Of a DNA stretch of 64,000 bases, positions 44,933-54,755 are shown in pieces. Position numbers and translations under genes: made by a program. A model generated the notes under the pieces. It was not told the DNA's origin. It made no database searches and saw only the letters and a program-made list of their open reading frames with translations. The stretch's first letter is position 1. Every line of letters begins with the position of its first letter. Source of the DNA: Pirellulaceae bacterium (lineage in GTDB: Bacteria; Planctomycetota; Planctomycetia; Pirellulales; Pirellulaceae); NCBI GenBank assembly GCA_963769105.1, contig CAVYKQ010000005.1, positions 681,164 to 745,163 on the forward strand. The letters run 5' to 3'.

Positions 44933-46258
44933 CTACTGACGTCGCGGATCGGTTTCGCGAATGATCTCACTAATTCCTGTTTGATTGAAGCCCTTGTAGC
45001 CGTCATCCCGTTGCAAAATTTCTAGATGGGAACCGATGCCGCCCGAATCGCGGAATTGTCGCCCCTGGGCCTCCGTGATCGATCCGTCAGCGATCGCCTG
45101 TGCGATTCGGTTCCCAGCGATTGGCCAGACTTCGCCCTCGGTGAAAGCTTGCTTCAGATAGTCAAAGTCTGTGAATGGTGCCATCGTTTCTACTGTTGCG
45201 GCGGCCAGTTGTTTGACTGCCGCGTCAAAATCGAATTGGCATTCCAGGTGGTGCATTCCGGCACCCAAGATTGCTTCGCCATGCAATTTGCACCACAGCC
45301 CCACCGTGCCCAATTTGTCCCAGGCGTCCAAGCCGTCATGAGCGAAATCGCCGGTCACTTCGATCGGACTCAGATCAACATCCGCGAAGATGACGATTTT
45401 CGCCCGTGGTTGCTCCAAAACCTGCGCACCCCAACCAGCTTCCTTGCCGCCGTAGAATCGTTCGCGACAGTTGAATCCGAGCAGTTCTAGCAGGCCAATC
45501 AAACGAGCGAAATATTGACGGCTGCTGCGATAGGTGTGATGGTCGTGATTGGCCCATCCCAGACCCAATTTGTCTTGACGCGATTTTTGAATCTGGGCGG
45601 CACGGTTACGGCTTTGCCAATAACGCCGTTCGGCAGCAAAGAATAGATCGCAGGCCCAGTCTGCGCCCAAGTCATCGATCGCTGCGCTGATCAGCCGTTC
45701 GGCCTGCGCGAATCCTCCGTCATCGTCGTCGAACCATCTACGTCGTCGAAGAAAAGCTTCCGAATGATGTAAACAGGCCGCAATTTGAGCATCATCAGGA
45801 TCATTCACAGCGAATCGGTCCGCCCCGTGCCGCTCGATCACCCACGTCTCGGTCGCCGCTGTTTGGCTGACCTTCGCACTTCGCAATTTTGAAAATGGTC
45901 GGCCTTCGATATCACTATCAATACGGTGAGCACACAGAAAGTCGGCAACCGAATCGACCTTGATCACCAAGCGTGGCAATGAATCATCGACGACTTGAAC
46001 GTCGGGAAACAACCCGCGGGAATGTTTCCATACGTTACCCTGACACGAAAACCCCGCGTTCCGTACTCCCTCGTCTAATTCGGCCACGGTAAAGTGGTCG
46101 ATCCAATCGACCAGTCGAGTGCCCGTATCGACCAGCATTCGACGTTGCAGATCAGCGACAAAAAGATCTGCTTGAACAAACTTCAGTTGTTGGTTTTCGA
46201 CCCACGCTGCGGCTGCAGGCTGACATTGCCAATCGAAATCTGTGAGTGACGTATCCAT
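44933..46258 (-). CDS. Conserved hypothetical protein; putative DUF1338/HglS-like (VOC-fold) metalloenzyme
   Basis: 441-aa ORF with NHDHHTYRS, WCKLHG...GMHHLE, LKQAFT, GSHLEILQR and GFNQTGISEIIRET. Confidence 0.6.
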   Translation of the reverse strand: MDTSLTDFDWQCQPAAAAWVENQQLKFVQADLFVADLQRRMLVDTGTRLVDWIDHFTVAELDEGVRNAGFSCQGNVWKHSRGLFPDVQVVDDSLPRLVIKVDSVADFLCAHRIDSDIEGRPFSKLRSAKVSQTAATETWVIERHGADRFAVNDPDDAQIAACLHHSEAFLRRRRWFDDDDGGFAQAERLISAAIDDLGADWACDLFFAAERRYWQSRNRAAQIQKSRQDKLGLGWANHDHHTYRSSRQYFARLIGLLELLGFNCRERFYGGKEAGWGAQVLEQPRAKIVIFADVDLSPIEVTGDFAHDGLDAWDKLGTVGLWCKLHGEAILGAGMHHLECQFDFDAAVKQLAAATVETMAPFTDFDYLKQAFTEGEVWPIAGNRIAQAIADGSITEAQGRQFRDSGGIGSHLEILQRDDGYKGFNQTGISEIIRETDPRRQ

Positions 46259-46311
46259 GCAAGTTCTCCAACTGCATTATACGCCTGTGATTCGACGCTA
46301 CAGGTAACGGA

Positions 46312-47964
46312 TCAATCGTGGTGGTCCTCGATCGGCTGGCCGACGTCAACCATCCGCGACCAGACGAACAGTAGGATCGCTGAGGCGATGTAGCCGGCAG
46401 CAAACTCCAAGACATATTTGCGATTCTCCGGATCGATCACCATGTCGCTCCAGTCAGGGAAACCGAACGGCAAGAAGAGTTGGTTGCCCGGTAATGGTGA
46501 ATGAATCACGCCGAACAGCGTCAAGATTCCAGCCAGCAAGAATACTTTGGCCGCCAAGACGAGTCGCCGATCGATGGCAGCGGCCAGCGCCCAGGCCCAC
46601 AGCAGGCTCGTGATGATGAAGCTGCTGCTGAGCATCCCGAGGGTTTTCAGATTGTGCGACAAACCCTCGTTCAAATCGGCGGGACTCCAGCCGGCTGCGC
46701 GAAGGGACGGATCGCCAAAAATCTGTCCAGGGATATTCATCGCCAGAAACGCGAGTGCCGGCAGGCAGGCCAGTGCGACCGCCGCGTAATGACGAGTCGG
46801 TGTTGCATGGAAACTTTGTGCAGTGATTTCCAAACCGATGAAGACCAGAATCGGATAGACCGCCGGGGCTGGAATCAATGCGTTCAGCAAACCGAAGTAG
46901 CCGACCAAACCTGCCGATCCGACTAGCAAGGCTGTTCCCAGCGTATAGGCTGCGCGACCGCCCATCGCTTTGTAGGCCGGATGGCCGATGTAGGGCGTGG
47001 TTTGAATCACACCGCCGGAAATGCCGGCGATCAGGGTCGCAATTCCTTCGATGCCGATTACAGTCCGCGTGTCATACTTATCGCCGGCCGCCGCTGCGCT
47101 TTCGGTACAGTCGATTCCGCCAACTACGGTTGCGATCGCAAACGGAAACGCAATCGGTAAGTACGAGAGGGCGTCATCGAACGAATCGAGCCAACCGAAC
47201 TGCCAAGCTTCCAGCCATTGGTTGGGAAACCAATCGACTTCCGGGATCACTGGAAAATGGTAGCCGGGGCCACTGAACAGGCACATTCCGTAATAGGCGA
47301 TTCCGGCGACGATCAGGGCGCCCAGGGTTCCAGGCGTGCGACCGGGCAGCGGAATCTTGGCGACGAGCGAAACCAGTACGATGACCAACGCCAACATCCC
47401 AGGTAGTGGATGACCGAGGATTTCGGTCAGCGGAAAGAAACTGATCAGCACTAGCGCGATCGCAGCCAATGAACCGAGCAAACCGGCGCGGGGTACAACG
47501 CGACGCACCCACTCAGTAAAGGGTGAAAGGGCCAGCTTCAAAATGCCGCTCATCACAATGCACCAAATTCCGATGTGCCAGGTGCGGTAGGCGGCAGCTT
47601 CCGGAGTTAACCCCAGTTGGCCCGGATCGGTTCCAATGCCTTGTAGATACGATGGTCCGAGGATGAAGAGTGTGATTCCGAAAGTTGACGGAGTATCGAG
47701 TCCCAGCGGCATCGCGGTGACATCATCGCGACCGGTTTGCTTGGCCAGCCGAAAGGCCAGAAAGAAGAAGGCAAGATCCCCCACTAGAACGCCTAGCGCC
47801 GTACCCGGCACCATCGCTGATACAGCGAAGTCGGCAGGGAATCCGAAACCGGTCAACAGCATGACCATCAAAATCAAGCCAGCGATGTTGTCCAACATCA
47901 GCCCGAAGAATGCGTTGACGTCGCCGGGTTGTGCCCAGCGATAGGGTCGCTTTGAGTCGTTCAA
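46312..47964 (-). CDS. Multi-TM permease (NCS2/AzgA-like nucleobase-transporter superfamily)
   Basis: Many hydrophobic helices, with GDVNAFFGLMLDN, VTAMPLGLDTP, ESAAAAGDKY and PYIGHPAYKAMGGRAAY. Confidence 0.85.
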   Translation of the reverse strand: MNDSKRPYRWAQPGDVNAFFGLMLDNIAGLILMVMLLTGFGFPADFAVSAMVPGTALGVLVGDLAFFFLAFRLAKQTGRDDVTAMPLGLDTPSTFGITLFILGPSYLQGIGTDPGQLGLTPEAAAYRTWHIGIWCIVMSGILKLALSPFTEWVRRVVPRAGLLGSLAAIALVLISFFPLTEILGHPLPGMLALVIVLVSLVAKIPLPGRTPGTLGALIVAGIAYYGMCLFSGPGYHFPVIPEVDWFPNQWLEAWQFGWLDSFDDALSYLPIAFPFAIATVVGGIDCTESAAAAGDKYDTRTVIGIEGIATLIAGISGGVIQTTPYIGHPAYKAMGGRAAYTLGTALLVGSAGLVGYFGLLNALIPAPAVYPILVFIGLEITAQSFHATPTRHYAAVALACLPALAFLAMNIPGQIFGDPSLRAAGWSPADLNEGLSHNLKTLGMLSSSFIITSLLWAWALAAAIDRRLVLAAKVFLLAGILTLFGVIHSPLPGNQLFLPFGFPDWSDMVIDPENRKYVLEFAAGYIASAILLFVWSRMVDVGQPIEDHHD

Positions 47965-47981
47965 TGCGGAGGTCTCGGAAA

Positions 47982-48043
47982 GTAGCTGCGGTTGCCAGAG
48001 TGTGGGCGGTATCAGGAACCACCCGCCCGCGGCGGGTAGCTAC
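47982..48043. repeat. GTAG...CTAC-bounded palindromic intergenic (REP/REPIN-like) element downstream of acnA
   Basis: GTAGCTGCGGTTGCCAGAGTGTGG...ACCCGCC-CGC-GGCGGGT-AGCTAC, with terminal inverted GTAGCT/AGCTAC. Confidence 0.55.
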
Positions 48044-48047
48044 GTAT

Positions 48048-50755
48048 TTAGTTGGACAAATTTCTGAGCACCGTCGGCAGGATTCCTCCGTTGCGGTAGT
48101 ACTGCATTTCGACGGGTGTGTCGATTCGTACCGTGCAGGGGAAACTGCTGGTGCTGCCGTCGGGACTTGTTGCCTTGACCGTGATCGTCGACCGTGGCTG
48201 CAGGTCGTTCGATAGGTCAGGAATGTCAATCGATTCTTCGCCGGTCAAGCCCAGTGATTGCCAAGTCGCACCATCGGCAAACTCCAATGGCAACACGCCC
48301 ATACCAACCAGGTTGCTGCGGTGGATGCGCTCGTAACTGGCTGCGATCACCGCTTTGACGCCCAGCAACATTGTTCCTTTGGCTGCCCAGTCGCGGCTAC
48401 TGCCGGTCCCGTATTCCGCGCCGGCCAGCACTACCAACGGTACACCGTCGCTTTGATATTTCATCGACGCATCGTAGATGCTCATCACTTCGTCGCTGGG
48501 CAGGTGCCGGGTCACCCCACCTTCGGTGCCTGGTGCCAGTTGGTTGCGAATGCGAATGTTGGCAAACGTACCACGAACCATGACACGATCATTTCCGCGG
48601 CGCGAGCCAAAGCTGTTGAAGTCACGAATATCGACTCCGTGCTCTTGCAAGTACTTTCCGGCTGGACCATCACTGGCGATCGCACCAGCTGGCGAAATGT
48701 GGTCGGTGGTCACCGAATCGCCTAGCAACGCCAATACACGTGCTCCAGCGATTGGTTCAATATTCGGGATCGCTTCACCCGTGACGCAATCTAAGAAGGG
48801 TGGATGTTGAATGTAGGTGCTCGCGTCGCTCCATGGATAAATTGCACCACCGGCGGCATCGATTGCATTCCACAACTCGTTTCCAGCGACGGCGGCGGCG
48901 TACTGATCGGTAAACATCTCCGGCTCGATGGACGACGCGATTGTCTGGCGGACTTCTTCCGCAGTCGGCCAGATTTCCTTTAGGAAGACGTCTTTGCCTT
49001 GGTCATCTTTACCGATCGGTTCGGTAACCAGATCGATGTCGGTCGTGCCAGCCAACGCATAGGCCACCACCAATGGCGGGCTGGCCAAGTAGTTGGCTTT
49101 CGTCAGCGGATTGACGCGACCTTCGAAATTGCGGTTTCCGCTCAATACCGCCGAGGCAACCAGGTCACCCGACTTGATGGCTGCGGCGACCGGTTCGGGA
49201 AGTGGGCCACTGTTTCCGATGCAGGTAGTGCATCCGTAACCGACGGTGTTGAAGCCGAGTTTGTTTAAACTCTCGGTCAATCCAGCCTTGTTCAAGTACT
49301 CGGTCACGACGCGTGATCCAGGAGCGAGGCTTGTTTTCACGTGAGACGCGACTCGCAAGCCACGATCGGCTGCTTTCTTGGCCAACAATCCAGCGCCGAT
49401 CATGACCGACGGGTTGCTGGTATTGGTGCATGAAGTGATCGCCGCGATGACAACCGCGCCGTGAGTGATCTCGCTACTGTGACCGTTGTCCTTGACCGTA
49501 CCGACGCGATCGAGCGCACTCTGTTCCAAACCGAAGCCGGTCTTGCCAATCGGTGCGGTCAGCGATTCGTTGAATGACTTTTTCATATCTCGTTAGCGGA
49601 ATCCGATCCTGCGGTCGTTTTGGACCGGCTAGGCTCGGTTCAACCGTACTTAGATCCAGCGACAATGACTTGGTGTATTTCAGCTTTGGCCCGTCATCGG
49701 TGCGGAACAGACCCTGTTCCTTGGTGTACCGTTCGACGAGATCAATGTTGGCGCTTTGATCGGCCTGTTTGACGCAGGTAGTCCAGCGTCACACTATCGA
49801 CCGGAAAGAAGCCCATCGTGGCGCCATACTCGGGTGCCATGTTGGCGATGGTCGCGCGGTCGGCCACACTCATGCGGTTCATTCCAGTTCCAAAGAACTC
49901 GACGAATTTGCCAACCACACCTTCTTCGCGAAGGATTTCAACGACTCGCAAAACCATGTCGGTCGCGGTTGCCCCCGCTGGCAATTCACCTGTCAATTCG
50001 AAACCAACGACTTCCGGCATCAACATGTACAACGGTTGACCCAGCATGTTGGCTTCGGCTTCGATACCACCGACTCCCCAACCCAATACACCCAGTCCAT
50101 TGATCATCGTGGTATGGCTGTCGGTCCCGACCAACGTATCGGGCAACGCAACAGGACCGTCATCGGTTTCCTTGATCGCGACAACGCGAGCCAGGTATTC
50201 CAGATTGACTTGGTGAACGATTCCAACGTTCGGGGGAACAACGCCAAAATTATCGAACGCTTGCTGACCCCATTTCAAAAATTCGTATCGTTCACGATTG
50301 CGTTTGAATTCAATGTCAACGTTTTGGGCCAAAGCTCCTTCGCTGCCAAAGAAATCGACTTGGACGCTGTGGTCGATCACCAAGTCGACCGGAATCAGCG
50401 GATTGATTTTTTCTGGGTCGCCACCGATTCGCTCCATCGCCGACCGCATTGCCGCCAAGTCGACCACGGCGGGAACCCCAGTGAAATCTTGCAGAACGAC
50501 GCGATATGGCTTGAAGGGAACCTCTTGTTTGGCTGGAGCGGCGGCCTGCCATCCGGCCAGGTTCTTGACGTCATCTTCGGTCACCGAGAAGCCATCACAG
50601 TTGCGTAGCACTGCCTCTAGCAAGACGCGGATCGAAAAAGGCAGCGTGCTGATCTGGCCAAGGCCAGCCTCTTCCAATTTGCTGAGTCGATAAAGGGCGG
50701 CGGTTCCTTGGCCGGTTTCGAAAGTTTCACGAGCGCCAAATGGATCGATACTCAC
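48048..50755 (-). CDS. acnA: Aconitate hydratase A; two apparent frameshifts (~49750, ~49590)
   Basis: [85 protein letters not shown] and [12 protein letters not shown]. Confidence 0.97.
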
Positions 50756-50995
50756 TGAGGTTGTCTCTTTGAAAAGATGCGGAAATTGCGGTCAAAATGG
50801 AGGCCGCTAGTTTAGCGTTCGACCTCCAACCTGTCTGCCGGACGGCTGAAAGCGGCGACAATTCGCCGCTGGCAACTTGGGAGGACTTTGACGGACGTTC
50901 GGATTCTTCTGGTCATTCCGAATCTGCGGGTCGATACGCAGAAGGATCAATCCCGTTCGGTTTGACAGTTTCAATCCCAGTACGAGTCTTTCCCG

Positions 50996-51904
50996 ATGTT
51001 GGCCCCAAGAATCAACCAATTTTTCCTGTTCACGCTCGTCGCAGCTGGCGGCCTGGCTATTTCCGGCCCCGTGGCAGCGAACGATTGTGTTAGTTGTCAA
51101 CAGACTCATGAAGACTGTGCAACGGATTGCTGCGATTTGCCTTGGTACAAAACCAAACCAACGCACAATTTTTTCTATCGGGCTTTGGACAAAGTCGCAG
51201 GCGGAGTTGAAAAGCTGTTGGGTCTGGACAAACTGAACTGCGATTCCTGTTGCGATGATTCCTATTGCGATGATTCCGTCTGCCAGGACTGTTGTGGGTC
51301 AAATCAGCTGGAATCATTGCAGATTGAAGGTTCGCCGATCTACAGTTCGCCCATTCACAGCGAGCCTATTCATCATCCACAAAGTCCGCCCGCGTCGATC
51401 GTTCCCTATCTGGATTCCAACCAGAACTCGATGCCCGCTGATTCGAACCAGTGGGAAGGCGATCAGTGGCGAGGGCAGCCACAATCGCCTGGTTCCAGCA
51501 TCAGAATGCGAGAGCCGTCGATCATTCAGCCGGAACCGACATTTCCGGACGTCATTGAACCACAAGTGATCGATCCTCCGGTCCGCTCACAAGAACCGCT
51601 GACCAATCCATTCCAAGATGACGCGCGCGTGATCAAGAAGAATCCCATACGCCCGTCCAACTACGATCAGACACCCGAACGGACGGACCAAGAACCGCAG
51701 CAACATCAAAATCGAAAACAGCGTTACTCGCGCGAGCTACACACCATCGAAACGAGCGGTCAGAACCCTTCGATAAAAGCTTCGATAGGCATCAATCATT
51801 GCTGCAATCGAAAAATCATTGCGGACCCGATCTTGGTTTGCTTCACCAATTTTCCCGCTGAGAGCCTCGTCGGACAGAAATTGTTCGACGAGGCTTTTCA
51901 TTGA
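50996..51904 (+). CDS. Secreted Cys-rich/low-complexity hypothetical planctomycete protein; 3' end uncertain
   Basis: Signal peptide, then CVSC..CATDCCD..CDSCCDDSYCDDSVCQDCCG, a Pro-rich tail and TNPFQDD. The last ~55 codons overlap the convergent GT gene. Confidence 0.65.
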   Translation: MLAPRINQFFLFTLVAAGGLAISGPVAANDCVSCQQTHEDCATDCCDLPWYKTKPTHNFFYRALDKVAGGVEKLLGLDKLNCDSCCDDSYCDDSVCQDCCGSNQLESLQIEGSPIYSSPIHSEPIHHPQSPPASIVPYLDSNQNSMPADSNQWEGDQWRGQPQSPGSSIRMREPSIIQPEPTFPDVIEPQVIDPPVRSQEPLTNPFQDDARVIKKNPIRPSNYDQTPERTDQEPQQHQNRKQRYSRELHTIETSGQNPSIKASIGINHCCNRKIIADPILVCFTNFPAESLVGQKLFDEAFH

Positions 51905-52858
51905 TTCAGAGTCGCCAGCGCGAAAGACTTGTGTTTCGCTGGCGTGACTGAATAGTTCCCCGCTGCCCTGCACATCACTGCAAACCACTGGCCGGCCGGC
52001 AGCCATTGCTTCCATTGCAACATTCGGCATCCCTTCATACCGACTGGGCAGAACAAGCAGACGACAGGCCTTCATCAATGGGGCAACGTCGGCTTGCCAA
52101 TCAAGGCACTGGACGCGATCGTGTCCGACCGTTTCCGCCCATGCTTTCAATCGATTTCGCAACGGTCCGTCACCCACCAGCAGCAGTCGCCGGTCGGAAT
52201 TTCGCGGCGCAATGGAATCGATCTGTTCCTGCAACAAATCAATTCCCTTTTGCGGATCGAAGCGGCCAACGAATAGAGTCACATTCGAATCTGCGGGCCA
52301 TTCGATCGACGACCAGTCAAACTGTGTCGCCATCGAAAACCGACTGACATCAACGCCGTTGGGAATCACCGTGGTTTGTAACTGGCCGCAGCCAAGACGT
52401 TCTCTAGCGAACTGTTCTACGCCACTGCTAACACAGACAACGCTTTCCATTTGAGGAATGACCAATCGATTCACACAGCGCCTGAGCCAGCGCGGGTCAG
52501 CGACGCGGAGTCCGCCGATCCGATGCTCGATCCCGGCAGCTTTGGCGGCCATCGTTCCCAAGACATTGGCGTGAAACAGAAATGTTTGACAAATCTCTGG
52601 ACGTGACTGCTCCATCCAGCGTCGCAATTGACGTCGTGCGGCAGCAAATTGGAACTTCGAATCTGCTTCCAAGGACCGGACGCTGATCCCGGCATTTTCT
52701 AAGCGTTCGACCAGTGCCCGCTGTACCCCGGTTGGCAGCGATCCGATCGAAAAGACGCGAACTTGGTCGCCATTTTCCGCCAGTCCAATCGCCAGCTCAG
52801 TCAAGCAGCGTTCGGCGCCGCCAACAAAGAGTTCAGTGATGACAAAATCGATTCGCAC
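51737..52858 (-). CDS. GT4-family (GT-B) glycosyltransferase
   Basis: LFVGGAERCL, VIPNGVD, FVGRFDPQKG and PSRYEGMPNVAMEAMAAGRPVV. Confidence 0.95.
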   Translation of the reverse strand: MRIDFVITELFVGGAERCLTELAIGLAENGDQVRVFSIGSLPTGVQRALVERLENAGISVRSLEADSKFQFAAARRQLRRWMEQSRPEICQTFLFHANVLGTMAAKAAGIEHRIGGLRVADPRWLRRCVNRLVIPQMESVVCVSSGVEQFARERLGCGQLQTTVIPNGVDVSRFSMATQFDWSSIEWPADSNVTLFVGRFDPQKGIDLLQEQIDSIAPRNSDRRLLLVGDGPLRNRLKAWAETVGHDRVQCLDWQADVAPLMKACRLLVLPSRYEGMPNVAMEAMAAGRPVVCSDVQGSGELFSHASETQVFRAGDSESMKSLVEQFLSDEALSGKIGEANQDRVRNDFSIAAMIDAYRSFYRRVLTARFDGV

Positions 52859-53181
52859 GGTGTATCCACGTTAGTTTTGCTGATCGATCAAGTCGAGCCG
52901 AATATGGAAGCCGAAGTACCGCTGTCGAACAATAGTGGAAGCCATTCCGTCACTGACGAAAATGCTCTGAAGAAGTCATCACGGTATGACCGATAAATTC
53001 GATCGAAACGGAGCGGAAGTGGCCTTGTTGATCACTCTGATGTTGGAATCTTCCTGCCTCAGAATTGTTCTTGGCCGATGCTTCCCTATGTGGTATTCCA
53101 CCATCGTCGAAAACAAACCCTGTCGAAACCGGTCAACGTCTCTCCATCAGGAACGGACATCGACAACCCAAGGAACCGACT

Positions 53182-53343
53182 ATGAACATGACAACGTACA
53201 CGATCGAATCTGTCCACGGTATCAAACAGACGATCGTATTGGTTCCGACGGGCCAAAGCATGGTGAACTCTGACACCACGCCACGACAACCGTCCGCGGA
53301 TCAACAGCGCGACGACCAGGATCGACTCCGTTCGTCCAAGTGA
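53182..53343 (+). CDS. Candidate 53-aa small protein
   Basis: ATG preceded by AAGGAA at suitable spacing; fills the gap between GT4 and folP. Sequence begins MNMTTYTIESVHGIKQTIVLVPTG. Confidence 0.45.
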   Translation: MNMTTYTIESVHGIKQTIVLVPTGQSMVNSDTTPRQPSADQQRDDQDRLRSSK

Positions 53344-53350
53344 CGTTTGT

Positions 53351-54226
53351 TCAGCTGCCTGCTGAACGATCCGGCGAAGTCATTCCCCCAGCCGCACGAA
53401 ACAGTCGTAACGCGTCCACTGTCTGCTTGACGTCGTGGACCCTCAAGATGTCTGCTCCGGCCGCGGCCAGCGCCATGGATGCACCCAGCGTGGCTGCGGT
53501 TCGATCGGCCAGTTTGTCGCCCAGAATTTTGGCGATAAACCCCTTCCGTGAATGACCGATTAACAGCGGCGACCCAATCTCGGCAAACCGCGCAGTCGCG
53601 CGTAGCAGCTCTAAATTGTGTTCATGGGTCTTACCGAACCCAATTCCAGGATCCAGGCAGATTCTTTCCAGCGGGATTCCCAAGTCCAAACAGTGGTTGC
53701 GGCGTTGGACCAGGTAGTCGTAAACCTGTTCAACGACGTTTTCGTATTGCGGATCGTCTTGCATCGTTTGCGGGGTGCCAAGCATGTGCATCACACAGAC
53801 GCCGACTGCGGCCTCACGAGCGAGCCCGGCCATCTGAGGGTCGCCTTCCAGTCCGGTCACGTCATTGATGATCTGGGCACCGTTGTCGATCGCGGCCCGG
53901 GCGACTTCTGCTTTGCTGGTATCGATACTGATCGGAATCGACAGCTTTCCCTTCAGTTCATGGATCACCGGTATCACGCGATCGATTTCGTCGGTAGCCG
54001 TCACAGGGTCGCTGTAGGGTCGAGTACTTTCGCCGCCGATATCGATGATGTCGGCGCCGTTGACTTGCATTTGCAGAGCTGCGACGACCGCATGGTCAGG
54101 TCGGAAGTGATCGCCACCGTCGGAAAAACTATCGGGCGTGACGTTCAGAATGCCCATGACCAATGGCCGGCCAGCCAGGGACAATTTTTGTCGGCCGATA
54201 TCCCAGAATCGATTTACGGAACTCAA
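53351..54226 (-). CDS. folP: Dihydropteroate synthase
   Basis: VMGILNVTPDSFSDGG, IDIGGESTRP, ISIDTSK, LDPGIGFGK, GHSRKGF and ILRVHDV. Start placed at the TTG just after lptE. Confidence 0.95.
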   Translation of the reverse strand: MSSVNRFWDIGRQKLSLAGRPLVMGILNVTPDSFSDGGDHFRPDHAVVAALQMQVNGADIIDIGGESTRPYSDPVTATDEIDRVIPVIHELKGKLSIPISIDTSKAEVARAAIDNGAQIINDVTGLEGDPQMAGLAREAAVGVCVMHMLGTPQTMQDDPQYENVVEQVYDYLVQRRNHCLDLGIPLERICLDPGIGFGKTHEHNLELLRATARFAEIGSPLLIGHSRKGFIAKILGDKLADRTAATLGASMALAAAGADILRVHDVKQTVDALRLFRAAGGMTSPDRSAGS

Positions 54227-54233
54227 ATTCGAT

Positions 54234-54755
54234 TTACCAGCGGATTTCCATTTGTGACACGATTCGCTTTGCCAAATCATCGATTGCTTCTTGCGTTGCG
54301 CTATCGATGGATTGGCCTGCCTCTGGTACGAATCTAGCATCTTGGCTGAACTTGATGTCTAGATCGCCATTGGGAACGACACTGTTTTGCATCAATAGTT
54401 CGCCGCCACGCCCGATCCAGGTTGCTCGCACCGCCACGGCGGCATCCAGAGCTCGTGGATCATCGGTATCGGTTTCCGTCAGGACCCGCTTCGATTCACT
54501 GACGACGCGGCAGGAAAGTGTGCTATCCGCGTTGGGGTCGCCGGTGACTTTGTACGGGGTTCGCGTTTCAATTTCTCTAACGAGGGCTTCGGTAAGCCTA
54601 ACGCCCAGGTCGGGTCGAAAAGTCTCGTTGCGTGCGATCGGAACGTGAACGGTTCGAATCCCTGGTCGGAACATCGACGCAGATCCAAACCGGTAGGATG
54701 CACAGCCAAACGTGGATGCGCAAGCGAGTACTAACAACGCCGCGATTCGAATCAT
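54234..54755 (-). CDS. lptE: LPS-assembly lipoprotein LptE-like
   Basis: Lipobox-like STFGCASYRFG, IRTVHVPIARNETFR..LTEALVREIE, and C-terminal LAKRIVSQMEIRW. Confidence 0.8.
   Translation of the reverse strand: MIRIAALLVLACASTFGCASYRFGSASMFRPGIRTVHVPIARNETFRPDLGVRLTEALVREIETRTPYKVTGDPNADSTLSCRVVSESKRVLTETDTDDPRALDAAVAVRATWIGRGGELLMQNSVVPNGDLDIKFSQDARFVPEAGQSIDSATQEAIDDLAKRIVSQMEIRW

Noticed and set aside
48048-50755. acnA pseudogene
   Set aside because: All catalytic and Fe-S motifs are intact and only small indels interrupt it, so it is probably an artefact.
54227-54340. N-terminal extension of FolP in the ORF track
   Set aside because: It overlaps the lptE coding end; homology-like sequence starts only near 54226.
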